The notes beneath the pieces are model-generated. The model did not search any database, was not told the origin of the DNA, and saw nothing but the letters and a program-made list of their open reading frames with translations. From an uncultured delta proteobacterium (lineage in GTDB: Bacteria; Desulfobacterota; Deferrimicrobia; Deferrimicrobiales; Deferrimicrobiaceae): a stretch of DNA of 64,000 nt. The position numbers and the translations under genes were made by a program. The stretch is taken from assembly GCA_963770975.1 (NCBI GenBank), contig CAVYRM010000008.1, positions 79,858 through 143,857 on the forward strand, given 5' to 3'. Positions 53,076 through 63,591 of the stretch are shown in pieces (position 1 is the first letter of the stretch; each line of letters begins with the position of its first letter).

Positions 53076-54541
53076 ATGGCGCGATCGAGGATCCTCGTGG
53101 TGGACGACGAGCGGATGATCCGCTGGTCGATCCAGCAGACCCTTTCGAAGGACGGCCACGTCCGTGGCCGCCGTGGAGACGGGCGAGGAGGCGGTGGCGC
53201 AGGCGACCGACGAGATGCCCGACCTCGTCTTCCTCGACATCACCCTCCCGGGGATCGACGGCATCGAGGTGCTCCGGCGCCTCAAGGCCCTGGACCCGTC
53301 CGTCGCCGTCGTGATGGTCACCGCCACCGACGACCTGAAGACCGCCGTCGAGGCGATGCGCCTGGGCGCCTACGACTACGTCAGCAAGCCGTTCGACCTC
53401 GACCGCCTGCGGGTGATCGCCCAGAACGCGCTCGACCGTCACGAGTTGCGCCAGGAGGTCGAGTTCCACCGGAAGGAGTCGGTGAAGCGGTACGGGTTCC
53501 ACCGGATCGTCGGTTCGAGCCGGAAACTCGCGGAAGTGGTCGAGGTGGCGAGGAAGGTGGCGAAATCGGACGCCGCGACCGTGCTGCTCCAGGGGGAGAG
53601 CGGCGTCGGGGAAGGACCTGTTCGCCCAGGCGATCCATTACGAGAGCGCCCGCGCCACGCGGCCCGTTCATCCCGATCAACTGCACCGCCCTGCCCGAGG
53701 AACTGCTCGAATCCGAGCTGATGGGGCACGAGAAAGGCGCCTTCACGGACGCGAAGTTCGCGAAGAAGGGGCTCTTCGAGGTGGCCGACGGCGGGACGAT
53801 CTTCCTCGACGAGATCGGCGACATGAAGCCCGGCCTCCAGGCGAAGCTCCTGCGCTTCATCGAGAACAAGGTCTTCCGCCGGGTCGGCGGGCACCGGGAC
53901 ATCTCCGTCGACGTCCGCATCGTGGCGGCGACGAACCGGAACCTCGACGAGCTCGTCCGCACGGGGCGAGTTCCGGGAAGACCTCTTCTTCCGGCTGAAC
54001 GTGATCCCGATCCGCATCCCGCCCCTGCGGGAGCGCCGCGAGGACATCCTGCCCCTGGCGGAGCATTTCTTCTCCGAGTTTTCCAACGACATCCGGAGGC
54101 CCGGGAGCGGTTTCTCGGACCTCGCGAAGCGCCAGATGACGGCGTACGACTGGCCGGGGAATGTCCGCGAGATGCGGAATATCATCGAGCGCGCGCTGAT
54201 CCTCGGCGCGGCGGGCATCGTGGAGCGCCTCGACCTCCCCGTGCCGACCGGGGCGCCGGAGCGTCCCGGGCGTCCCTGGCCGGACCGGCTCCTCCCCGAA
54301 CCGGCCCGGGTGGGGAGCCGATTCGCATCCCCGGGGATCGGAGCCCTCATCCGGCGGCGCCGGCCGGAGCGGACACGGATTCCGCCTCCCGCCCTCCGGG
54401 ATCGTGCTCGAGGACCTCGAACGGGACCTCCTGCTCCAGGCGCTGGAGACGACCCAGGGGAACCAGACGAAAGCGGCGGAGATGCTCGGCCTCACCCGGG
54501 ACGCCCTCCGGTACCGGATGAAGAAATTCGGCTTCCTGTAA
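53076..54541 (+). CDS. Sigma-54-dependent response regulator (NtrC family), with at least five frame changes.
   Basis: It has the receiver [12 protein letters not shown]...[14 protein letters not shown]...YDYVSKPFD, the AAA+ core [11 protein letters not shown]...[15 protein letters not shown]...[12 protein letters not shown]...[11 protein letters not shown]...[19 protein letters not shown], and the [29 protein letters not shown] (stop 54539-54541). Confidence 0.8.
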
Positions 54542-54599
54542 TCGCTCGTCTGATCGCTCGTCCCCGGACAAGTGGGGGATATCCCCCTCCACCGTATAA

Positions 54600-54660
54600 G
54601 GTTCACACCGAATTCTCTATATAACTGATCGTATTCACACCGGAATTCGATCGGGGTGTA
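54600..54660 (+). promoter_or_regulatory. Candidate enhancer-binding sites upstream of the sigma-54 promoter.
   Basis: TTCACACCGAATTC (54600-54613) and TTCACACCGGAATTC (54634-54648) form a direct repeat separated by an AT-rich stretch. An inverted GGGGTGTA follows at about 54653-54660. Confidence 0.35.
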
Positions 54661-54671
54661 TCCCGGTGCGT

Positions 54672-54687
54672 TGGCATCAAACATGCT
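54672..54687 (+). promoter_or_regulatory. Near-consensus sigma-54 (-24/-12) promoter for the FN3/NHL-cytochrome operon.
   Basis: TGGCAT-CAAAC-ATGCT has exact GG-N10-GC spacing. It lies 20 nt upstream of a strong ribosome-binding site (AGGAGGGGG) and ATG 54707, immediately downstream of a sigma-54 activator gene. Confidence 0.6.
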
Positions 54688-54706
54688 GGATAAGAGGAGG
54701 GGGCAG

Positions 54707-56365
54707 ATGGGAACCGTCATGTGCGTTAAATCACGCAGAACAGGAGGCGCGAACGTGAACCAGAGGGGGATTTCGAAAGTGAAAAACGTGTCGAAGTATG
54801 CTACGGCGTGCGTGCTGGCATTGGCGATGTTCGCGGCTGCGGGAAGCGGCGGCGGCCGCTCTTGCCGGCGCCCAACTGGATGCCGGGTTCTCCGATCATG
54901 GCGGGGACCCAGGTCATCCTGCTCTGGCTGCCCATCCCGAACGCCGTGAAATACAACATCTACCTCAACGGGAAGAAGATCGGTGAATCCCCCGCGGTGC
55001 AGTACATGATGGCCTCTCCGACCGAGTCCGGGAGAATATTCGATCCTGATCGCGGCTGTGGATGCCGCCGGGGCGGAGGGTGCGAAGTCGGCCCCCGGCG
55101 TCATCCGGATCGTGACGGTGAATCCCCCCGCCTCGGTCTACGGCCGGGTAATGGAGAACAAGGTCCAACTCAAGTGGGACCAGGCCAAAGGCGCCGTAAT
55201 CTACAACGTGTACCGGGCCGACAAGGAGACGGGGGAGGCCAAGCTCCTCTCCTCGGTCCAGAGCGACGCCTATACCGATTCGGCGGTTCAGCAGGGGAAG
55301 GCGTACTTCTACTCCGTCACCGCGAAAGACCTCGCGGGGAAAGAAAGCGCCAAATCGAAACCATACCGCATCGAGGTCCCCCTGCCGCAGTCCGCCGCAG
55401 TGAAGGAGGCCAAGGTCGAGATCAAGGTCGTCGCGACGAACCCCGTGGCGGAGAGCCTCTTCCTCGGATCGAAAAAGATCGAGATGTTCGGCGACATGAA
55501 GCCCGGCCCGGACGGCCACATCTATGTGCTCGACGCCGGCCAGAGGCAGGTCCTGAAACTCGAACCCAAATCCCTCGAAGTCGTCTCGGTCTTCCCCTCC
55601 ACGCCGGAGGAGAAGGAGAAGATGAGACGCCCCCTCTCCATCGGATTTACCTCCGACGGGCGGGCCTTCATCGTGGACCCATTCGCCCGGAAGGTTTTCG
55701 TTTTCGACGCCGCCGGGAAGATGGTGTCCGAATTCCCGGTCCCCGCGCCGACCGACAAGGAGGTCGTCCAGAACGTCCTGCCGCACCTCCGGGACCAGGG
55801 GATTTTCCCGTCCGGGATCCATGTGGACGAGAAGGAGAAGACGATCTGGATCACCGACCCCCGGTTCAACACGATCTACCGGTTCGACCTCGACGGGAAA
55901 TTCCTCGGGAACCTGGGGCACGGAGGGGACCCCGAACAGTACTTCGCCGGGCCGGGCGAAATCCTTGCGGACCGCAACGGCACCGACCTCTACGTCACGG
56001 AGCCTCTGGCCCACATCGTCCTGGTGATCGACCGGAATAACGGCAAGATCAAGCGGATGATCGGGAGGAAGGCGTCGGGCTTCATCGGGGGCTTCATCGG
56101 TCAATCGGGGATTACCTACGACCCGGAAGGAAACGTGGTGATCTCCGACGCCGGGGTCCATTCGATCCAGGTCTTCGACGGAAAGACGGGGGCGTACCTC
56201 TACCACTTCGGGGACGAGTCCGGAAAAGTGGATCCGAAGATGACGGAGCGGGCGCTCCTGGGAATCGAGATGCCGAACCGGGCGTTCGTCCGCGGGAACA
56301 TGCTCTACATCTTCCGGGCCGACAAGATGAACGTCGTCTCCCGGGAAATCGTGAAGAAGAAGTAG
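54707..56365 (+). CDS. Secreted protein with two fibronectin-III-like domains and a C-terminal NHL-repeat beta-propeller. About three frame changes lie in the first 350 nt.
   Basis: The signal-like N-terminus is YATACVLALAMFAAAGS. The FN3-like segments are ILLWLPIPNAVKYNIYLNGKKIGES and VQLKWDQAKGAVIYNVYRADKETGE...YFYSVTAKDLAGKES. The NHL-like repeats are DGHIYVLDAGQRQVLKL, SDGRAFIVDPFARKVFVFD, KTIWITDPRFNTIYRFD, GTDLYVTEPLAHIVLVID and EGNVVISDAGVHSIQVFD. Confidence 0.7.
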
Positions 56366-56477
56366 AAGACACATGATACGGAAAGGAGGGATGGCGAGAA
56401 GTTGGAGCGTTTCACCGGTACCGTATGATGATCCGTCTGGCCGATCAATTCGCAGGTCCATTCACAAGGAGGAAAGG

Positions 56478-58903
56478 ATGAGAAACCGTTACTTGCTCCT
56501 CGCAGCCCTTATCGGGGTCTTCGCGCTCGCCGCGGGCCCGCCTTCGCGGGGGTCCAAGGCACAGCCCACCAGACGTACGGTCGGGTCGCAGGGCGTCTGT
56601 TCCGCCTGCCACATCCCGCACGGCGGCCAGGGGGGCACAGGGACCCGACTCTGGCCGATCGCCGCGACGACCACGGCTACATCACCCACCGTCCTCGTCG
56701 GCACCGTGTCCACCCTCTGCGCATCGTGCCACCTCGCCGGCAGCGCCTACAACACTTCGATGGGCTCTGCGTTCTCCCCGCAACGCGCTTACCATCAAGA
56801 CGGCCACGGGGGCAAGATGACGGTCGCCAACATTACCAGTGGCGGCCTGGGATCGAGCAGCATGGCCACCTCGGGGCTGCCGTACATCGCGAACACCACG
56901 CTGGAGTGCACCAGCTGCCATAACGTGCACGACGACACGAACCGTCCGTTCCTCCGTGCGGAGATGGACGCCCTCTGCTCCTACTGCCACAGCAACCGGA
57001 TGTTCAAGGCGTCGGTAGAGAACTCCGGAAACGGCGCCACGAAGGGCGCCTGGGGCATCACGTACGTCGGCGGTGCGAACCCCGGTTCCCACCCCGTGGG
57101 GACCGACATCACCGGCAACGTCTCCGGCGGGCCCTCCCCCATCACGCTGGCGGGGAACTTCATCCTCCCGAAGACGAGCGCGTCGGGGACATGGTCCCTC
57201 GGCGGCCACCTGTCGGACAACAACGGCACCGGCAACTCCCTCAACGGCGTGACGTGCAACACCTGCCACGCGGTTCACGGGATCGAAGTGGATGGCGTCG
57301 CCGGCGGAAGCGTCCCGGTCACCAATTTCCTTGTGGTTGCGCAAAGCACGGGGACCAACGAAGGGGTCACCGGGCACTCGATCGCCAGCGGCGACGGCAG
57401 CGCGGGGAACGACCTCTGCGAGGCGTGCCACACCGGACCCGCTCCCGCAGGATACGGCGGATCCCGGAGAGTAAACCCCGGAGACAACGTCTCCACCCAC
57501 CCGGTGGACGACTACGCGTCCCAGAACGAACTGGTGGGGGATTTCAGAGCCGCCACCGGGACGTTGAACTGGCCCGCTTCCTCCACGGCGTCCGGAACGG
57601 GGAACGCCGCCATCTGCGAGTCGTGCCACACCCCGCACCCGCGGGCCAACATCGGCCGCGCCACCATCAAATTCGCTTCGGGGACGACGATCACCCCGTA
57701 CATCCTCCGCAACACGGCGGCACTCATCTGCAGCGACTGCCACAGCCCCAGCGGGGCTACGTTCGGGACGCACCACCCGGTCGGGACCGGCGGGGGCGGG
57801 ACGTCATGGGCGTCGGCCAAGTCGGGCGCCGCCAGCTACTTGCCCGGGATCACCACCGAGCTGTTGTGCAGCACCTGCCACGGCGGCGGGGGCGCGGGCG
57901 GGGCCCATAACTGGACGGGCCGCTCCTGGGTCGGCATGGTTCCCGGTTGGAAACCTGTGAACAACGCCCGGGTGGCGGGCACCGGGTACCGGTATGCCGC
58001 CTCCCCGAACCCCGTAACGACGCAGGACATCTCCTCCACCTGCATCGACTGCCACCTCGACCTCGACGGGACGACGACGAACACGTCTCCGACGAAGCAT
58101 AACGGGACGGCTACCGGGACGCGATCGACCAAGCACAGTACACGAACCTCGGCACGGGAAGCCACTTCATCGGCCCGCTCGATAACGTCAGTTGGTTCAC
58201 CAACCGGGCGATCCCGACGTCCACCAACCGCGGGTCGACCACGAACTTCAATGCAGCCACCGACAACTGGACGTCGGCCATTTTCGGAACAGGGAATGCG
58301 AACGGCGGCATCTCACGGTTCGGCGGGACCGCCTCCGCTCCGATCCTGGTGTGCGAGTCGTGCCACAACCTGGTGCCGTCCAGGAACGTGGGGCCGCATA
58401 TGCTCCTGGCCGGGTTCTATGAAGGGCAATCGACCCAATCCGGCACCCAATACGATACGTTATGCGAGGGGTGCCACGGCGTTCCGACCGGAACGCATCA
58501 GCAGAGCGCGGATCTTGTCGGCCGCACGAATGCGTTATTGGACACCTCGGCAGGATCTACCACCCGCACCTGGATCAGAACAAGCGCTCCCGCGGGCGTT
58601 CCTGTCGGCGGGGTTGCGGGCACATCCACCTGGTTAACCGGTGTCGCCGGAACCGGACAGCTGTCGTGCGACTCGTGCCACCAGGTCCACGACGCGAACA
58701 CGCTGGGCGCCTCCCTGATCATCGAGGCCCCGGCCGGCAACGTCACGGGCGGCACGCCGGCGACCGTCGTCGTCAGCGGGACACCGACGTACTACGGCGG
58801 GACCAACCCGATCAATTACCGCCTGAAGGGGCAGGCTCCGACCAAAGGCACGATGCCGGACGTCTCGATGTTCTGCGATCAATGCCACACCTACCGGCAG
58901 TAG
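56478..58903 (+). CDS. Large (about 808 aa) secreted Thr/Gly/Ser-rich c-type cytochrome with 14 widely spaced CxxCH motifs. One frame change near 58105.
   Basis: The ribosome-binding site is AAGGAGGA. The signal peptide is MRNRYLLLAALIGVFALAAG. The motifs are CSACH, CASCH, CTSCH, CSYCH, CNTCH, CEACH, CESCH, CSDCH, CSTCH, CIDCH, CESCH, CEGCH, CDSCH and CDQCH. There are about 18 additional His, including recurrent (S/T)HPV. After KHNG the sense continues in the frame of the 58349 ORF as GYRDAIDQAQYTNLG. Confidence 0.75.
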
Positions 58904-58921
58904 CCGAATAGGCGTATCATC

Positions 58922-58958
58922 AACGGCAGGGGGAGGGTATCGCCCTCCCCCTGCCGTT
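58922..58958 (+). terminator. Perfect 16-bp GC-rich hairpin after the large cytochrome gene (a terminator or processing/attenuation structure; no clear T-tail).
   Basis: AACGGCAGGGGGAGGG-TATCG-CCCTCCCCCTGCCGTT. Confidence 0.45.
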
Positions 58959-58986
58959 ATCACACATTCAATCCCAGGGGGGGGGT

Positions 58987-59535
58987 ATGATGAGAAAAGG
59001 CATCCTGCTATACCTGTTGATCGTGTTCGGGGTGGTCCTGTTGACGGTTCCCGCGTCTTTCGCCGCCGAAGAGAAGGCCGCGCCGGCCGAGGCGCCGAAG
59101 ATCCCGGGTGTGGGCGACATGGCGCCGGCGTTCTCCCTCCCCTCGCTGGACGGCAAGACCGTCACCACGAAGGATATCGCGGGAGGGAAGCCGGTTTCCG
59201 TCGTCATCTTCATGAGTACGGCGTGCTCGGCCTGCCAGACGGAGATCGCCGCCGTGGACCAGATCCTCAGCAAATACGGCGATAAGGTCGACATGTTCCT
59301 CATCGCCGTCGACGCCCGCGGGGCGGAGACGGTGAAACCGTTCTCGGATACGTTCAAGTACAAGGCCACGTACCTCCTCGACACGAAGTTCACGGTGCCC
59401 CGGATGTTCGGGTTCTCCGCCACTCCGTCGGTGATCGTGCTCGACAAGGCGGGGAAGATCCTGCTGAAGAAGGCCGGATACCAGGTCGGCGACGCGGAGG
59501 AGATCCAGGAGGCCGCGATCAAGTTCACGAAGTAG
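58987..59535 (+). CDS. Secreted TlpA/ResA-like thioredoxin (CSAC).
   Basis: It is intact. The signal peptide is KGILLYLLIVFGVVLLTVPASFA. The core is APAFSLPSLDGKTV...VVIFMSTACSACQTE...FLIAVDARG...SATPSVIVLDKAG. Confidence 0.75.
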   Translation: MMRKGILLYLLIVFGVVLLTVPASFAAEEKAAPAEAPKIPGVGDMAPAFSLPSLDGKTVTTKDIAGGKPVSVVIFMSTACSACQTEIAAVDQILSKYGDKVDMFLIAVDARGAETVKPFSDTFKYKATYLLDTKFTVPRMFGFSATPSVIVLDKAGKILLKKAGYQVGDAEEIQEAAIKFTK

Positions 59536-59557
59536 GCAGGAGCGTTCCGTCGGATCA

Positions 59558-59597
59558 GGGGGAAGGTCGTGGGGAACCCGGCCTTCCCCCGATTTTT
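59558..59597 (+). terminator. Rho-independent terminator-like hairpin.
   Basis: GGGGGAAGG...CCTTCCCCC followed by GATTTTT. Confidence 0.5.
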
Positions 59598-59612
59598 CCC
59601 GGGAGGGGAGAC

Positions 59613-61286
59613 ATGAGAAGACACATCGCCGCATCGCTGGCTGCGTTGTTCGTCTGGACGGCGGCGGCAGGCCCCGCCGATACGGCCTTCGGGGCGACCT
59701 CTGCGGCGAAAAAAGACGGGGGGAAGGCGACCGTTGCCCCCGACGTGGTGGCGGTGATCGACGGCGTCCCGCTGAAGGTTTCGAGCCTCGGCCTGGTGCG
59801 GCTCCTGGGGTTTTCCGGCAAACACGGCGAGCCCGTCGCGAAGGCGGACCTGCTGGACAAGCTCGTGGAGGTGGAGCTCGTCGTCCGTTACGCGGAAGGG
59901 AAAGACCTCCCCACCCCCGGGAAGGGGAAGGAACTCCTCGCCCTGTTCCGCGAGACCACCCTCGGGATGGAGTACGCCGAGGAGATGAAGCGGACCGTCC
60001 GGTTCGACGCATCGGAAATCCGGGACCGGCTCCCGCTGAAGTGGAAAGTGGCGAGCTTCGAGGTCGTCCTGTACGACACGCTCGACGAGGCGAAGGCCGA
60101 CGCGGCTTCGGTGAAAACCGTTGAGGAGTTCGAGGCCCTGAAGGCGAAATATCCGGACCGTGCCAAGGCGTTCGACAACCTCTACCCGAAATCCGGCTTC
60201 TTCAACGAGTACGACGACATCGCCATCTTTAACCGGGAATCCGCCGGAGTATACGGGGTGGGGGAGACCGGGATCGGGCCAGGGATCCTCCGGATCCGGG
60301 AGATCCGGGAGCCCGCGGAGGCCGAAAAGGAGGGACTCCTCCGGAAAGCAACCGCGACGTTGGCGGAAGTCCAGTTCTCAAGGGAGGCGGACCGTTTACG
60401 GCAGGATACGCCGCGCCGTATCGACAGGAAGGCCCTCCTGCGATACGTGGAGTCCGTCCGCTCCGGAGGACCGGTGGACATCCCGGTGGCGACCATCGGG
60501 GAGTGGACGATCACCAGCGGATTGGTCCGCAATTTTGTGGTAAACGAGCCGGTGAATTTCATGAGGGCGTCGAAAATCGAGGAGGTTGCGGGCGCCTACG
60601 TCGATATCCTGAACCGCCTGGCGGACACTCTCGCTTTTGCGGCCGAGGCCAGAAAGCAAGGTCACGACGACATCCGGTCCGACCAGTACGGGAATTCGTA
60701 CCGCAGCTTCCGGAAGAAGCTTCTGTACACGGCAGGGCTGGAAGACGGCGTCGGTCCCGTCGCCGCGTCGGACAACGAAGTCCGGGAATATTACGAGGCG
60801 AATCGGAAGACGAGGTTCACCCCGGCAGAACGCGTGGAGGCGGCCCACATCTTCTCGAAAGAAAAGAAGAAAGTGGATAAGGCGCTCAAGCGGATCAAGG
60901 CGGGGGAGAGCTTCGAGGAAGTGGCGAAAGAGGTGTCCGAGGATTCCCGGTCCGCCTCCAGGGGCGGAGCGATCGGGTGGATTCTGAAGGACGGGAAAGT
61001 GCTCCCGGAGTTCGAGGAGCAGGCATTCAAACTGAAGGGGAAGCCGGGGGCGGTTTCCCCCGTATTCAAGACCACAAATGGATACCATGTCCTGAAGGTA
61101 ATCAGTTACCACCCGGAGAAGGAGATCCCTTTCGAAAAGGCGGAGCCGATAGTGCGGAGAGACCTGGAGAATGCCCGGTTCGAGGCCGGGAAGAAGGCGT
61201 TCCTTGAAGGGCTGCGGAAGAATGCGACCGTCACGACATACCCGGAGAACGTGCCGGACGCCCCGGCGAAAGCGAGCCACCGATGA
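59613..61286 (+). CDS. Periplasmic SurA/PrsA-like chaperone with a PpiC-type (parvulin) PPIase domain.
   Basis: It is intact at 557 aa. The signal peptide is RRHIAASLAALFVWTAAAGPADTAFG. The parvulin core is RVEAAHIFSKEKK...GESFEEVAKEVSEDSRSASRGGAIGWI...VSPVFKTTNGYHVLKV. Confidence 0.75.
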   Translation: MRRHIAASLAALFVWTAAAGPADTAFGATSAAKKDGGKATVAPDVVAVIDGVPLKVSSLGLVRLLGFSGKHGEPVAKADLLDKLVEVELVVRYAEGKDLPTPGKGKELLALFRETTLGMEYAEEMKRTVRFDASEIRDRLPLKWKVASFEVVLYDTLDEAKADAASVKTVEEFEALKAKYPDRAKAFDNLYPKSGFFNEYDDIAIFNRESAGVYGVGETGIGPGILRIREIREPAEAEKEGLLRKATATLAEVQFSREADRLRQDTPRRIDRKALLRYVESVRSGGPVDIPVATIGEWTITSGLVRNFVVNEPVNFMRASKIEEVAGAYVDILNRLADTLAFAAEARKQGHDDIRSDQYGNSYRSFRKKLLYTAGLEDGVGPVAASDNEVREYYEANRKTRFTPAERVEAAHIFSKEKKKVDKALKRIKAGESFEEVAKEVSEDSRSASRGGAIGWILKDGKVLPEFEEQAFKLKGKPGAVSPVFKTTNGYHVLKVISYHPEKEIPFEKAEPIVRRDLENARFEAGKKAFLEGLRKNATVTTYPENVPDAPAKASHR

Positions 61287-61834
61287 GCGGAAAGGAAAGA
61301 TCGATGCCCGGGTTCGTCGTTCGGATCCCGTTCGTCCTGGCGTTCCTGATCCTCGCCGCCGGCGCGTCGTTCGCCGACCCGGCGGGGAAAGGGGTAAAGG
61401 CCGGACAGGCCGCACCCTCCTTCTCCGGCGTTTCGACCGCGGGAACCCCGGTGGATTCGAAAGATCTCCTGTCGAAGAACCGGGCGGTCCTCGTCGCTTT
61501 CTGGGGGATCCGATGCGCCGCGTGCATCGATGAAGTCCCGGCGCTTCGAAAGATCCAGGGCGAGTTTCCGGAAGGCACCCTCCAGGTGGTGGGAGTGAAC
61601 ACGGACGGCGTGGACGCCCCCACGCTTTCGGCCATGATGGAGGAAGAGAAGATCGCCATGAATTACATCGTCCTGACCGACCCCGGGTTCAAGGTCGTCG
61701 ATTCGTTCGGGATGACCGCGGCTCCTCTCACGATTCTCATCGACCGGGAAGGGAAGGTTCGTTATGTCCACCAGGATTACAAACCGGGGGATGAAATCGA
61801 ATTGCGCGGAAAGATCCTCGAAGCGGTCAAATAA
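61283..61834 (+). CDS. Secreted TlpA-like thioredoxin (CAAC).
   Basis: It is intact. The core is AAPSFSGVSTAGTPV...VLVAFWGIRCAACIDEVP...VVGVNTDG...TAAPLTILIDREG. The start overlaps the upstream stop. Confidence 0.75.
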   Translation: MSGKERSMPGFVVRIPFVLAFLILAAGASFADPAGKGVKAGQAAPSFSGVSTAGTPVDSKDLLSKNRAVLVAFWGIRCAACIDEVPALRKIQGEFPEGTLQVVGVNTDGVDAPTLSAMMEEEKIAMNYIVLTDPGFKVVDSFGMTAAPLTILIDREGKVRYVHQDYKPGDEIELRGKILEAVK

Positions 61835-61871
61835 TCCCTTGTCCTTCGCGAGGAACTCCGATTTCCATGGT

Positions 61872-63030
61872 TTGTCGCGATGCCGGGTCTTGCTGTTCCG
61901 GGGGATCGTATCCGTTTCCCTGCTCATTGCATCCCTCATGCTGGGGAAAATCCTTCAAGCCTCGGCGGGAGTCCCTGCGTATATCGGCTCCGAAAAATGC
62001 GCCTCCTGCCACCAGATCCAGTACAAGGGGTGGGTCAAGACGTTCCACAGCACCGTGGTGGGGGATGCGAAGAAGGACCCCTCGGTGATCATGGCCGACA
62101 TGTCCGACCCCGATCTGCCGTTCAAGAAGGAGGATATCCACTACACGATCGGCGGCCACTGGGACCAGCGGTACCTGACGAAGATCGGCGACGACTATTA
62201 CATCCTTCCCCGTCTCTGGTCCGTGCAGAGCAGCAAGTGGCGCCCCTACAGCACCTACGGCTGGCAGAAGCGCCCCTACTCGAAATATTGCATCGGCTGC
62301 CACTCCGTCGGCTTCGACCCGAAGACGCGCGGGGTCGTGGAGCACTCCGTCGGGTGCGAGTCGTGCCACGGCGCCGGAGTCGCCCACTCGGCGAAACCGA
62401 GCAGGGAGAACATCGTCAACCCGAAGCGGCTTTCCGAGGACAGGTCGGAGGAGATCTGCGCCTCCTGCCACGTGCGCGGGAAGGACCTTTCCGGGGAATA
62501 CTTCTTCCAGCTCGGGTGGAAGCCCGGGGACGACCTCGCGAAGTACTATGTTCCGCTCGACAAGAACGAGGGGGAGAGCAACGACGACGCCATCCACCGC
62601 CTCTGGGACCAAGTGGAGATCCGACCGGGAGTCGCAGTCCCGCTCCCGGTGCGAGGTGTGCGGCATCCACCAGAACGTGAAACCCCAGGGGGAGAAGATC
62701 AGCGTCGACGCCATCTGCATGAGCTGCCACGAGTACGACGAGAAGCAGCTTTCCCTGCACACCCGCCACAAGACGCTTGCGAGCGTCGGCTGCACGGATT
62801 GCCACGAGGAGAAAGAACCGGACCTGAATGAAAACCGCGAGAACAACGTCCATTCCTACGGCTACTTCCTGATCCACCCGCAAGGGTGCTGGGACGACAA
62901 GATCCACAACCGGTGCGGGAAATGCCACGCTGACAAGCCGAAGAAATGGGCTTATGATACGGTGTTGAGGTTGGAAAAAACCGGTCGTGATCGACCACTG
63001 ATATCTTCACTCTCCTCGGGGGCAGGGTGA
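61872..63030 (+). CDS. Multiheme c-type cytochrome of the cytochrome c554-like family (7 CxxCH plus one CxxCGxH). One frame change near 62600; both ends are uncertain.
   Basis: The signal-like N-terminus is RVLLFRGIVSVSLLIASLMLGKILQASA. It has CASCH followed by QYKGWVKTFH and IGGHWDQRYL, then CIGCH, CESCH, CASCH, CEVCGIH, CMSCH, CTDCH and CGKCH. An A-run near 62975 could place the true stop at about 63000. Confidence 0.6.
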
Positions 63031-63591
63031 TGAGAACCGCTTTCAGGATGGCACCGGTACTTCTGTGCATGGTGTTCGCGTTGGGGCTTGGAGCGTCGCC
63101 CGCCCTGGCCGCGGGCGACACCGCGATGCGCTTGAAGATCGGCGAAAAAGCTCCGGATTTTCGCCTCAAGGACGTGATGACCGGGAAGACGGTCACCCTC
63201 TCCGAGTTCGCGGGGAAAAAGGTCGTCATGCTCGAGTTCTGGGCGACCTGGTGCGACATCTGCAAGCGGGAGATGCCCAACCTCGTCAAGTTGCACACAC
63301 GCGTGGGGGCCCAAGGGGTTCGAGCTCCTCTCCATCGTGCTCCCGTCGGGGAACATCGCCGACGTGAAGAAGATCATCACGGAAAAGAAGCTGACCTACC
63401 CCGCGCTGCTCGACGCCGACCTGTCGGTGGCGACGAAGCTCTACGGGCTCGCCGGCCCCATTCCGCTCAAGGTCGTGATCGACCACAAGGGGATCATTCG
63501 CTACTCCCACGTGGGGGATTACCCGCCGGGCGAGGACGAGTTGCCGTTCGTCCTCGAGGACCTCGTGAAGGAGATGGGGAAGGGAAAATGA
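63027..63591 (+). CDS. Secreted TlpA-like thioredoxin (CDIC), with one frame change near 63305.
   Basis: The signal peptide is MAPVLLCMVFALGLGASPALA. The core is APDFRLKDVMTGKTV...VVMLEFWATWCDICKREMP, then (in the 63337 frame) FELLSIVLPSGN...YPALLDADL...IPLKVVIDHKG. Confidence 0.7.
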
